Source of the DNA: Verrucomicrobiota bacterium
GTDB lineage: Bacteria > Verrucomicrobiota > Verrucomicrobiia > Limisphaerales > AAA164-E04
Reading direction: 5' to 3'
Length of the DNA: 64,000 nucleotides
NCBI GenBank assembly: GCA_047947115.1
Contig: CP170459.1
Span: 6,016,781-6,080,780, forward strand
Every line of letters begins with the position of its first letter. The stretch's first letter is position 1. Positions 10,435-19,596 of the stretch are shown piece after piece. The position numbers and the translations under genes were made by a program. The notes beneath the pieces are model-generated. The model saw only the letters and a list, made by a program, of their open reading frames with translations, had not been told where the DNA came from and searched no databases.

Positions 10435-13400
10435 CGCATTCGGACCACCAATCTGACAAAAGTTCTGTCAGCATCCAATAAAGAAGTCCCGATACCGATA
10501 AGCAGTGTGGAATCCGTGTCCTCCAAAACCGTTGCCGCCCCTCCTGCCGATTTCCACACCATCAAGTCGGATGAAATCTCAAAGTCGAAATCCACATCCG
10601 TTGGTTTGCCGTTTCTGGCAATGCGGACGGCCAACATCGATTGTCCTCCAATTCCCGTCACTTCAGCAAGCAAAGGTGATCCAGGGGTAAAGGCTTTGGG
10701 ATCTGTCCCAAGTGCATACTCCATCAAATTGGGTCTTTGATCTCCGTCATCATCGAGGGTGGGACCACCGATCCCTCGTTCTGCCGCCCATTTACCATAA
10801 CCGGAAAGGACCGCCTCATCGTCATCCTGAATGACAAGAGTCGCCTGAGCACGAGCACCAAGGGTATACTGCCTGGATTCGGTCAACGTCAGCGTAAGCT
10901 TTTCCTCCTCTTCCTGTTGTATGTCATCAATCAATTGAACGGCAACCCGCGCGCTGTCCTCCCCAGCGGCAAAGCTTGCCGAGAGCGGTATGGTGACAAA
11001 ATCCTTTCCAGGCGAAGCCGTGCCGGTCAGCAGAAATTGCACGGACAGAGGCTGATCGATCACACCTGCCCGATGAAGCACAAACGAAACGGCTGTGGCA
11101 TGTCCCTCACCAACGGTCGGCTGTGACAATGTAACTTCCACCGAGTTCAGCCCCTCATATACACCACGCCGATACATGGCCCCAATGGTTGCTCCCGCGT
11201 TCGATCCTTCCAACCATATAGTTGGGGCACCTTCGGGCGCCAATCCGTCCGAAGCCAGTGGCTGGCGGACTAATCCACTCCCGGTCAAAAACCCAAAGAA
11301 CCCATCAAAAGCATAGTCTGAGTAAAGGACCGATTGATCGTCGCCAAAATAATCCGGAAAAGCGAGTCCAGCCGATGTAAAAATGACCCCCACTTCATGT
11401 GTTTCGCCTGTCGTTAAATCATGGGTCAGGATGTGAGATCGCCCTGTCTGCAAATCTTCCGCCTCAAATACCATATGGTTCGCGTGAACTCTTCCCATGG
11501 ATGGATTCCCCACACTGGCGCCAGGAATGGGCGGCACAATACTGATGGTACTCTGAGCCGTCGTATCCAGAGCATAGATACTCCAGGTATCCATCTGACT
11601 GCCATCGGAAAAAGTGATACGATTGAGCGCGTCGTAATAAAGGACCCGATTGTCCGGAGAGAAATTGACCACATCAGCAAACAAGATGGTATCCGTTGCT
11701 CCACCGTCCAAAGCAGGCGCCTTTAAATCAAACTCCGCCCAGGCGTCGGTGGTCACATCATAAATGTTGATGATATCCTCTGGTTGATTATCCCGCATCA
11801 GCACAAACCCCAGCATACTTGCGTCTGGCGAAGCACCTACCGACCAGACCGTTCCGGGTTCGGTCAAAATCTCCCCCTCACCGTCGGAAGTATTGATATA
11901 AGCCATCGCAAAGTCAGACGTGACGAACAAGGCTTCTGTGCCATCACTCGACACCACTGGCCGCTTTCCTGGAGCAACAGGAACCTGGACCAGCAAGGTG
12001 CCGGAAACTGGGTCCCCCATGCCGGCTTCTCTGCGAGCCAAGTAAGTCGCACCATCAATGGGACTGACAAATGTGAACAAGGTGGAATCTTCTCCGGAGA
12101 CCGTGGGCAACGGTGTGGGTTCGGGTGCAGGTGCCTGCTCAAATATCTCAACCACATCGAATGCATTCGCAGTCTGGGTCACTTCGTTTGAACCTGCCCC
12201 GAAGATTTCCTCAGCCGATTGAACACATGCAATACGACAATCCAGGAACTGGGATTGCTTCTGAAGTTTCGTGGTCAATGCTCGGTAAAAAATGCGTTCA
12301 GCGGTCGGAATACCGACGGCGCCCGGCAAACCTTCCGCCAGTTGAAAATAGGCAAAGTTGATGATGCTGCTGTTGAGGTGAACTCCTCCATTGTCACGTC
12401 CCGGAAAATTGTCCAGATACGGATCGTTCGGTGCAATGATTTCGCTCATTTTGATTGGATAACGACGGCCATTGCCAATTTCCACACTGGCAGGATCACG
12501 CATATCACGAATTGGCCGGGTCAGACGCGAACCCAGTTTCCAATCCGGCGTGCCTCCTTCATGAAACGCTTCCGCCGATTCACCAAAAATGTCCGCAAAT
12601 GCCTCATTCATGGCTCCCGGTTGGTTCTGATACACCAGATTGGCAGTCTTTTCGATGACCCCATGTGTCATCTCGTGCGCTGCAAAATCCAATGTATGCG
12701 CCCAATTGTTCAGATTGCCAAACGTAATCAGATCGTTCTGCCAATAAGCGTTGTCAATGGGAACGTTGATGATCCCAATGATGCTGCCGCCCTGTCCGTC
12801 AATGGAATTGCGCTGATGCTGCTTTTGATAATAATCATACACTTTGGCAAGATTCACCGATGCGCTGACGGCATTCGGTCCAAACCCGAAATGAGCATCG
12901 GTCGATGTGACCGGCTGAGGATTGAAGGCCTGCGGATCCTGTTGGGGATTGACTCCTTTTGCATCAAAAATACTGATGCCACCAAAGGTCGTTTGGTAAA
13001 ATGGAGGATCGGAACGTTGGGCATCAAACATGGGTTTGGTGGTGTTGACCATGGTGAAAACATTCTCTTCTTCCCATAATTCAATGGTCTGGGTCTGCCC
13101 TCCCGCATCCATACCGGAACCTTGAGCCGCTGCGGAACAAACTTGATTGATGGAAGCGAGCACTTCACCGGTATGAGCTTCCACCATCACGAGCCAGTCC
13201 ACACCACTACCGGCATGCAGTTCGATGGAATAAGCAAGAGATGCGTCCTCCTCAATCGGGGCATACACCAATAGACGCTGTTCCTCAACTTGCGCATCAT
13301 GCGAAAAGGACAGATGCTCGTCGCGGAGATAATTCAACGCGATATGAGACGCATCATCCTGATCGAGTGTAGGCACAACATCCAGATTTCGCGGAGTTGG

Positions 13401-14150
13401 AGCATATGCCGCCGTTACCAGCCGCGCGTTTCCCTGGGGATCCAACTGTACAGTCAAGGTAGCCGGCCACACCTCAAGTTCCTTGTATATCTGCCGCATA
13501 TGAACTTGGGTGAGCCCTAAATCATCTTTTCCTGATGAGGAAACTATCCATTCCGCTTCTGGCTGATCGATCATGAACAAGTCCTTGTTGTTTTCCAAAA
13601 GCTTCAACGCGGTTGTTTCTTCCAGGGTGTAACCCGGCTTCGCCCTCTCCGCAGCTTCTCCCAATCGCCATCCTTTTAAATACTGAACAGTACCATTTTG
13701 CGATCTCCCGCGCGCCCTCACCTGCTTTCCGCTCGCCCAATGCAACTTAGCCAGATTTCTGGACTGCTCCGCGTTCCATGCATGGGGGGGATCGACCGGG
13801 ACCGATTTCCGGCCCTGAGGCCCCCCAACTGGGAGCATCGGGTAATCTACCATGCCGATGGGGCGAGTGCCTCCTGGAATCAAGTGCTTCAGGGATTGCG
13901 CGGAAGAATATAATCTGTTGGCAGATCGGATCGAACCGACCAGCGCGTTGCGGTTCCTCAACGCGTCAAGCCGCCCCACAGTCGAAGTGCCATCATGAGG
14001 TTCATGGTGGGAGCCGCGTTGAGGCCCTGACTCAAACACGACCACCAATAAAAAAACGTAAGCAAAGTATTTCGAAATGGTCGCAAACCTAAAAGTGTGC
14101 CTATCGGAGCTTTTCATGATCAATTCCTTTTGATGCCCCCCATCATGCAC
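10431..14150 (-). CDS. M4 (thermolysin-like) metallopeptidase, multidomain (propeptide, M4, beta-propeller-like, Calx-beta-like, C-terminal domain)
   Basis: DNAYWQ, AAHEMTHG, GAMNEAFADIFG, DNGGVHLNSSIIN; Calx-beta-like IDDIQQEEEEKLTLTL...IQDDD; start may be the second Met (MKSSDR). Confidence 0.9.
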   Translation of the reverse strand: MHDGGHQKELIMKSSDRHTFRFATISKYFAYVFLLVVVFESGPQRGSHHEPHDGTSTVGRLDALRNRNALVGSIRSANRLYSSAQSLKHLIPGGTRPIGMVDYPMLPVGGPQGRKSVPVDPPHAWNAEQSRNLAKLHWASGKQVRARGRSQNGTVQYLKGWRLGEAAERAKPGYTLEETTALKLLENNKDLFMIDQPEAEWIVSSSGKDDLGLTQVHMRQIYKELEVWPATLTVQLDPQGNARLVTAAYAPTPRNLDVVPTLDQDDASHIALNYLRDEHLSFSHDAQVEEQRLLVYAPIEEDASLAYSIELHAGSGVDWLVMVEAHTGEVLASINQVCSAAAQGSGMDAGGQTQTIELWEEENVFTMVNTTKPMFDAQRSDPPFYQTTFGGISIFDAKGVNPQQDPQAFNPQPVTSTDAHFGFGPNAVSASVNLAKVYDYYQKQHQRNSIDGQGGSIIGIINVPIDNAYWQNDLITFGNLNNWAHTLDFAAHEMTHGVIEKTANLVYQNQPGAMNEAFADIFGESAEAFHEGGTPDWKLGSRLTRPIRDMRDPASVEIGNGRRYPIKMSEIIAPNDPYLDNFPGRDNGGVHLNSSIINFAYFQLAEGLPGAVGIPTAERIFYRALTTKLQKQSQFLDCRIACVQSAEEIFGAGSNEVTQTANAFDVVEIFEQAPAPEPTPLPTVSGEDSTLFTFVSPIDGATYLARREAGMGDPVSGTLLVQVPVAPGKRPVVSSDGTEALFVTSDFAMAYINTSDGEGEILTEPGTVWSVGASPDASMLGFVLMRDNQPEDIINIYDVTTDAWAEFDLKAPALDGGATDTILFADVVNFSPDNRVLYYDALNRITFSDGSQMDTWSIYALDTTAQSTISIVPPIPGASVGNPSMGRVHANHMVFEAEDLQTGRSHILTHDLTTGETHEVGVIFTSAGLAFPDYFGDDQSVLYSDYAFDGFFGFLTGSGLVRQPLASDGLAPEGAPTIWLEGSNAGATIGAMYRRGVYEGLNSVEVTLSQPTVGEGHATAVSFVLHRAGVIDQPLSVQFLLTGTASPGKDFVTIPLSASFAAGEDSARVAVQLIDDIQQEEEEKLTLTLTESRQYTLGARAQATLVIQDDDEAVLSGYGKWAAERGIGGPTLDDDGDQRPNLMEYALGTDPKAFTPGSPLLAEVTGIGGQSMLAVRIARNGKPTDVDFDFEISSDLMVWKSAGGAATVLEDTDSTLLIGIGTSLLDADRTFVRLVVRMR

Positions 14151-14246
14151 ACTATGAGCAAAAGATCAAAGGGAATCACTCCGTTTCATCATGAGATTCA
14201 TTGAAATCCACGCAGCAAAATTTGCACTCAAAAGCACCCATTATCT

Positions 14247-15560
14247 TCACTTGTCCACATGAAGCAACGAGGCCATCGATTCCGCAAAAGCTTTTCCAAT
14301 CTGGGTTAAAATTTTTGCCGAACCGAGGTAATGGTATTCGCCATTGGACACTCCTTTTTCCAAAGCCAGCAGTTCCTCTGCTGTAAACGCTTCCTTGCTC
14401 AATTGCTCGCGCAACTTCTCCTGTTCCTCCCGTGAAAGGGATTTTTCTGACTGAGCTTCTCGCACTTGCTGGTTGATTTCGTTTTGACGGGCTCTCAATC
14501 GAGTCAATTCCTGATCCCAATAAAGCTCGGTTAAAACGGCCGCAACATTGCCCAGGAATTCAGGCATACTTGCGGGAGCCGCCATCGCATCGCGATAGTT
14601 TTGATGAATCCCCTTGTAACGTTGCTGCCCGGGCAGATACAGATCAACTGGACCACCCACCCCCAAAACTCCAATCACGAAAGGTAACTTCGGAGCCTCA
14701 AGATCCTTGCGCACATCAAGGATAAAATGCGCCAAAGCATCGCTGTAAGCATCATAGCCGCCGGGTTTGTCACGCTCGGGGTATGCCCCTCGATCCACCA
14801 TGTCGTTCCATCCCTGAAACCAGACCATACCGGCCAATTCGTATCCTTCATCAGGTTTGTAATCAGGACAAATTTCCTGGATCTGATTCAACGATTTTTT
14901 AACGAACGTCAGCGTCTCACGATAATAGTGCCCGGTAGCTTCTGCTTTTTCCCGTTTAATGGCGTCAAGATCCTTACCTTGCTTCGTGAAGTTCTCCAAT
15001 TGCCCAGAGTTAAAAACATAAGGACCGGAACTCGGCGATCGAAAATCCGTATTCAGACTTTTGCCACCCCAGGCAGCCTTGATCAGCAGGATGGGTTCAT
15101 CGAGCATTTTCTGCATAAAGACACCAAAACTCCATTCCGGCCCGATCTTCTCCTCGCTTGCCCCAAATCCAGCCGTGAGTTGCCCACTGACAACCCCCTG
15201 TGAAGAAAGATAGGTAATCCAAACATTCTCCGACACTCGGGGTTTGCCATTGGAATCGGTCAAATCATGGAGAATCGGTGCGGTTTCAGGGTCCATGCCA
15301 ACATGCTCCAAGGTGCGGACATGCGCATGCCCCTGCATGTTGGATTGACCAACCAAAACAAACACCTTGAGAGGCTTGGCTTCCACGTTCAAAGTATAAC
15401 CACCTGCTCCAACAGCAAAGCCAATGAGCAGAGTCCACAATAGGCATTGCTCCCAACCCGGCCTTGTGGTCCGGAAATGATGAAATGGACGTGTCGAACT
15501 TGCGGAGGACAAAACGCCGGTGTCCTGACCTGCGAGGGGCTTCTGGTTGCGGGTATACAT
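14247..15560 (-). CDS. Sialate O-acetylesterase-like SGNH (SASA) protein
   Basis: VLVGQSNMQG, IGPE, KAAWGGKSL, WFQGWND, YHYLGS. Confidence 0.85.
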   Translation of the reverse strand: MYTRNQKPLAGQDTGVLSSASSTRPFHHFRTTRPGWEQCLLWTLLIGFAVGAGGYTLNVEAKPLKVFVLVGQSNMQGHAHVRTLEHVGMDPETAPILHDLTDSNGKPRVSENVWITYLSSQGVVSGQLTAGFGASEEKIGPEWSFGVFMQKMLDEPILLIKAAWGGKSLNTDFRSPSSGPYVFNSGQLENFTKQGKDLDAIKREKAEATGHYYRETLTFVKKSLNQIQEICPDYKPDEGYELAGMVWFQGWNDMVDRGAYPERDKPGGYDAYSDALAHFILDVRKDLEAPKLPFVIGVLGVGGPVDLYLPGQQRYKGIHQNYRDAMAAPASMPEFLGNVAAVLTELYWDQELTRLRARQNEINQQVREAQSEKSLSREEQEKLREQLSKEAFTAEELLALEKGVSNGEYHYLGSAKILTQIGKAFAESMASLLHVDK

Positions 15561-15805
15561 GGCTCATATCATTCGTCGGAATGCGCAGGAATTCAAAAAG
15601 AAAATCTCCCACCGCCCTACAAAATTCCCGCCACACATATTCAGCTAACTTTTCGGTAACCCTTTTCGAGCATTTGGGATCGTATCGCATGATACCCCGG
15701 TCTGCACGCAAATCATACGAAAGGTCCGGGTAGATTTAATTTAAACAACCACCTTATAATCTATGCATTACCATCAAGCATAATAAAGTTCGCAGCATTG
15801 GCTGC

Positions 15806-16771
15806 TTGATAGCGCTGGCATTGTTTGCCATCACATCCTTCCCATCAACAGGCTTCGCCCAAGGACGTGGCATCTACGGAGACTGGAACATTGAAACTCA
15901 GTTTGGAGAAATGACTTTTCAGTCCATTCTCAGTTTTTCACGGGATCAGGACGGCAACCTCACAGGCGACTCCATCAACTTTTTCGGTATCAACCCTCTG
16001 AAGGATATCTCTCTGGAAGACGGTCAACTGCAATACACCCTCACCCGCATGGGACGGGACGGAGCAATCACCTCCAAATTCAAAGGCACCGTTGCCGACG
16101 GCAAACTAAGCGGCACGATGTCCAGCGATCAGGGCGACACAAAAATCACCGGCGAACGTGCCCCACGCGTTTCACGCGCCGTTGGAAGCTGGGCCATGAC
16201 CATCAAAGCGGGAGAACGGGAATATACCGGCACACTCGATCTCACCTCGAATGATTCCGGCGACCTGGCTGGCACCTGGACCAGCCAACGCGGCACGGCA
16301 AAGGTATCCGATGTCAATTACAGCCGAGGTGAACTATCCTTTAAACGCATTATTGAAACTCAGGACACCAAATGGGAAATGACCTTTACAGGCACCATCA
16401 GGGGCAACGAGCTGACAGGCGTCTCCAAATCCGACCGCGGAGAAGCGGAAGTTACTGGAAAACGCAAAAATGCAGCTACCATCGGCACCTGGAACCTCAC
16501 CAGCGATTTTAACGGAAGATCCTCGGAACAACGCCTGAGAATCAATGGAGACATGAGTGGTCTCTACGGTTCACTGCCCATCGAAGACGTGAAACTCGAA
16601 AACAACCAACTGGCCTTCAAGGCAACATCCAGCTTTGGCGATCGTGAATTCACCTGGACTTTCAAAGGAAACATTGATGGAGACTCCATGAAGGGCGAAA
16701 TCACCACCGGTCAAGGCACAAGAGAAGTCACCGGCAAAAAAGTTGTCCGAACCTTCCGCCGCACTCAATAA
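15806..16771 (+). CDS. Secreted hypothetical protein of three tandem ~95-aa beta-rich repeats
   Basis: Signal-like N-terminus; three units GxW...F[KT]G....GxxxxxxGxxxxTGxx. Confidence 0.8.
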   Translation: MIALALFAITSFPSTGFAQGRGIYGDWNIETQFGEMTFQSILSFSRDQDGNLTGDSINFFGINPLKDISLEDGQLQYTLTRMGRDGAITSKFKGTVADGKLSGTMSSDQGDTKITGERAPRVSRAVGSWAMTIKAGEREYTGTLDLTSNDSGDLAGTWTSQRGTAKVSDVNYSRGELSFKRIIETQDTKWEMTFTGTIRGNELTGVSKSDRGEAEVTGKRKNAATIGTWNLTSDFNGRSSEQRLRINGDMSGLYGSLPIEDVKLENNQLAFKATSSFGDREFTWTFKGNIDGDSMKGEITTGQGTREVTGKKVVRTFRRTQ

Positions 16772-16774
16772 CCA

Positions 16775-16837
16775 TAGCCACATTCGAAAACAGTAGCCGC
16801 ACTCGAAAATAGTAGCCGCATTCGCAAGAATGTGGCT
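16775..16837. repeat. Three tandem ~19-bp units ending in a REP-like hairpin
   Basis: tagccacattcgaaaacag / tagccgcactcgaaaatag / tagccgcattcgcaagaatgtggct. Confidence 0.75.
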
Positions 16838-16931
16838 CTCATGTCAAATCACAGCGACACCAACACCATTCGGCGTCGCTGTTTCTTTTCCCTTTCCCTC
16901 ACAATAACCTGCCACCGAATATCCTATACAA

Positions 16932-17124
16932 AAACTCCGCGCCCTCCGCGTTCTTGGCCCCTTTGCAAAGAAAAATGAAGGGTTTTAATACGCTGAAATC
17001 GTCAATTTTCAGCATAGTGTTTGTTCGCGTTAAACGAAGTTCAAACTGAACCTGCCTGAAACGCAGGGTTTGGAATGGCTGCCCGGTTGCTATCGCCAGG
17101 ACGCAAAGGCGCGAGGACGGAAAG
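16932..17124 (-). mobile_element. Diverged, inverted copy of the ~190-bp MITE-like element
   Basis: Aligns by eye to the reverse complement of 26080-26276 at both arms and in the core (ttcagcatagtgtttgttcgcgttaaacgaa vs ttcagtaaagtgattggtcacgttgaatgaa). Confidence 0.65.
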
Positions 17125-17221
17125 GTTCTTTTGATGTGGAAACAACGAACAGAGGAACGGAGAGTTTCTAGATTACCGCATCTTATCCGTCAGAACCGGA
17201 ATCAATGAAATTTGCCACAGT

Positions 17222-18277
17222 TCATCTCTCATCATTAAAACGACGCCATTCCTTATCCAGCATTGAGGCATCAGGAGCCCCCAGATGCACCACATAACGG
17301 TAAGTGGAGACATAGGGCTTGCCGGGAGCAATTTCGAACTCACCCAAAAACATCGGCGCGTAACAAAAATACGGCATCGATGGATGCAATCGAACTGGCT
17401 GTGGAGACCTGAAATTGTCAGAGTGCGACAATACAGCAATCCCTGTTGGCTTTCCTCCTAGCTTGCCATGCAAACTCACCCAATTGGGACGACTATGATT
17501 GCCCTCTTTCCAGGCATTCCCATCACTGGTCAAATAATCGTAATGCCGATACAGGGATGGCAACGTTTTATCAGGATGCTCTCGAGCAGCTTTTTCAAGA
17601 TCTTGAATCCGATTGCCGAGATCGGTATCGATCCACTCATTACTCCCACGAATCGCCATTCCTCCATAATGATATTCCTCGATCTTCAAAGGTGAATCAC
17701 TGGCGCATTCATGCTTGGAGGTAATGTCAAATCGGAAAGATTCTTTGGAATCATTGTAAACACGCACAGTCCATGTCTCGCGCAACACCGCTTTGGGATG
17801 ATCCTCATCCTTTGTGTCCAGATAAAGCATTTGAACCGAAAAGCCTCCCTCGGTTTCCCCGCTTTCAACCGACAACACTTTGTCATGCTGAACACGCCCA
17901 AGTTCCAGTTTCTGATTCCAGAACTCCACCGGATGCCCTTCGAACTCGCACTTGGTCCAGGCAAAAAACAAGGCATGCTGATGCAAATGATCCGAAGGAA
18001 AATCTCCGGACACCACCTGCCCGGCAGGATTATAGATGGGATGAATATGCCCGCTACGAGCGTAATACGACTCGGTTCCAACCGGACCGGTCAAAGTGGC
18101 CTTGTTATAAGTAAGCACCGGCTTCCCGTCCACACTAACCTGTATGGCATCGTCCGTTTCCACACACACGACGCCCTTGGATATAGAACTCTTCACCTCC
18201 TGTTGAGCTTTAATCCCCATGCTGGAGCCAATCAAACAACAGGCCGTCAAAATAATTTCTGCTGATAATACACGCAT
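17222..18277 (-). CDS. DUF6807 (so-called PmoA-family) secreted protein
   Basis: RSGHIHPIYNPAG, DHLHQHALFFAW, YHYGGMAIRG, PYFCYAP; signal peptide. Confidence 0.8.
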   Translation of the reverse strand: MRVLSAEIILTACCLIGSSMGIKAQQEVKSSISKGVVCVETDDAIQVSVDGKPVLTYNKATLTGPVGTESYYARSGHIHPIYNPAGQVVSGDFPSDHLHQHALFFAWTKCEFEGHPVEFWNQKLELGRVQHDKVLSVESGETEGGFSVQMLYLDTKDEDHPKAVLRETWTVRVYNDSKESFRFDITSKHECASDSPLKIEEYHYGGMAIRGSNEWIDTDLGNRIQDLEKAAREHPDKTLPSLYRHYDYLTSDGNAWKEGNHSRPNWVSLHGKLGGKPTGIAVLSHSDNFRSPQPVRLHPSMPYFCYAPMFLGEFEIAPGKPYVSTYRYVVHLGAPDASMLDKEWRRFNDER

Positions 18278-18396
18278 GATAGTTGATCAGTGAGCTCCAC
18301 GGAGCGTAAAGAGGAAACACTTACGAAGCAAGTGAAACAGGGGGTATTCCACCTGATGAGGCACGATTAAAAGTGCGGGGTGAATGGTTTTTTGTT

Positions 18397-18481
18397 AACC
18401 ACGGAGGACCCAGAGAGCAGAGGTAACACTTTTTACACTAATTTATTGCAACTCTCTGTGAGCTCAGTGTCCTCTGTGGTT
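18397..18481. repeat. Inverted-repeat element with ~9-nt periodic arms
   Basis: aaccacggaggacccagagagcagag ... ctctgtgagctcagtgtcctctgtggtt around an AT-rich spacer. Confidence 0.7.
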
Positions 18482-18515
18482 TTGATAGGTTTACCCCGTG
18501 GAAATAATCGCACCC

Positions 18516-18655
18516 GATAGATCGGGTCCTCTGGACAGGCCCATTGAAGCACCCCCTCTCTACATTTCACCTCACTCTGGAACAACCTGCACTATCCCAC
18601 ACGCGACCGCCGCATCACTATCACTCATGGGCGGATCGAGAAAGTCCGGTCTACC
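18516..18655. repeat. Inverted pair of GTAG-type REP-like sequences
   Basis: gatagatcgggtcctctggacaggccc (18516) and gggcggatcgagaaagtccggtctacc (18629-18655); related copy at 28574. Confidence 0.65.
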
Positions 18656-18688
18656 TGCGAAATCCGTTTGAGAACAGCGAACATCCCA

Positions 18689-18724
18689 TTGACTCCACAC
18701 ATGTCAGACATTAATGTCTGACAT
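18689..18724 (+). promoter_or_regulatory. Sigma70-type promoter and palindromic operator of the TA operon
   Basis: TTGACT (18689)-17 bp-TAATGT (18712); perfect 24-bp palindrome ATGTCAGACATTAATGTCTGACAT at 18701-18724 abutting the ATG. Confidence 0.8.
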
Positions 18725-18964
18725 ATGACAACAATCACATTACGCCAGTTGGTGCGTGAGACCCGCAAAGTCAAACGCATGACCGAAGCTGGTGATTCCT
18801 TCCTGGTTACGGATCATGGCAAACCCCTCTGGAAAGTAAGTCCAGCCACTGAAGCGGATGAAGATTCCCGTGCCAAGGACATTGACGCCGAACTTGATTT
18901 GCTCTTGGCAGAGCCAAAATCAACCTACAATCTCGCCGAGATTGTCATTCAAAATCGCCGATGA
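18725..18964 (+). CDS. Phd/YefM-type antitoxin
   Basis: 79 aa, MTTITLRQL...FLVTDHGKPLWKVSP; ATGA overlap with a PIN-domain gene. Confidence 0.82.
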   Translation: MTTITLRQLVRETRKVKRMTEAGDSFLVTDHGKPLWKVSPATEADEDSRAKDIDAELDLLLAEPKSTYNLAEIVIQNRR

Positions 18965-19431
18965 AAGTTTGTGCAGACACTTCCTTCATCATGAAATTGC
19001 TCGTTTCAGAACCGGGCAGTGTGACTGCAGCAGGTCTTTACCGGCATCTCAACCGACCGCGTTTACCATTTACGCAAATCCACCAAATGGAGGTCGAATC
19101 CGCTTTAGCACAAAAGGCGTTTATCGCCCGTAACAACGGAGCCAAAAAGGACGTCGTTCGCAGGGAAAAGGCGGCCGGAATTGCCAAACTCGAAACTTGG
19201 TTACAAAAGTCTCTCCTTATCGAAACCGAAATCAGATGGCTTGAATGTTTTGATCAAACACTCAAGTTCCTTCCCTTGCAAAGTGAAAAACTCGGTTGCC
19301 GTACCCTGGACCTGATACATATCTCGATTGCTATCTGTTATCAGGCTGAGCTTTTTGTCACATGCGATGAACGCCAGGCGAAAGCCGCCAAGGCCGAAGG
19401 ATTAAAGACCCGCCTAGTTGACATTAGCTAA
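18961..19431 (+). CDS. vapC: PIN-domain VapC-family toxin
   Basis: ADTSFIMKL, EVESAL, RTLDLIHISIA, FVTCDERQAKAAKAEGL. Confidence 0.88.
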   Translation: MKVCADTSFIMKLLVSEPGSVTAAGLYRHLNRPRLPFTQIHQMEVESALAQKAFIARNNGAKKDVVRREKAAGIAKLETWLQKSLLIETEIRWLECFDQTLKFLPLQSEKLGCRTLDLIHISIAICYQAELFVTCDERQAKAAKAEGLKTRLVDIS

Positions 19432-19596
19432 CCATCTCCTGACTAACGGGCTTTAAATGAAGCATCTTCACGTTGATCCAAAAGCCCCCGCAACTTGTCA
19501 ACCATGCTGCCACGATAGGTGCCCGATAAATGATAATCCGAATGCAACCGGGCATTGGGATCAGATTATCCCAAACTTGTCTAAACCGGCAGAACC

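Noticed and set aside
12219..13079. 286-aa plus-strand ORF
   Set aside because: Antisense shadow of the M4 protease with no recognisable motifs
17222..18277. Methane monooxygenase implied by the PmoA family label
   Set aside because: Soluble secreted protein without the multi-TM topology of true PmoA, and no pmoCB neighbours
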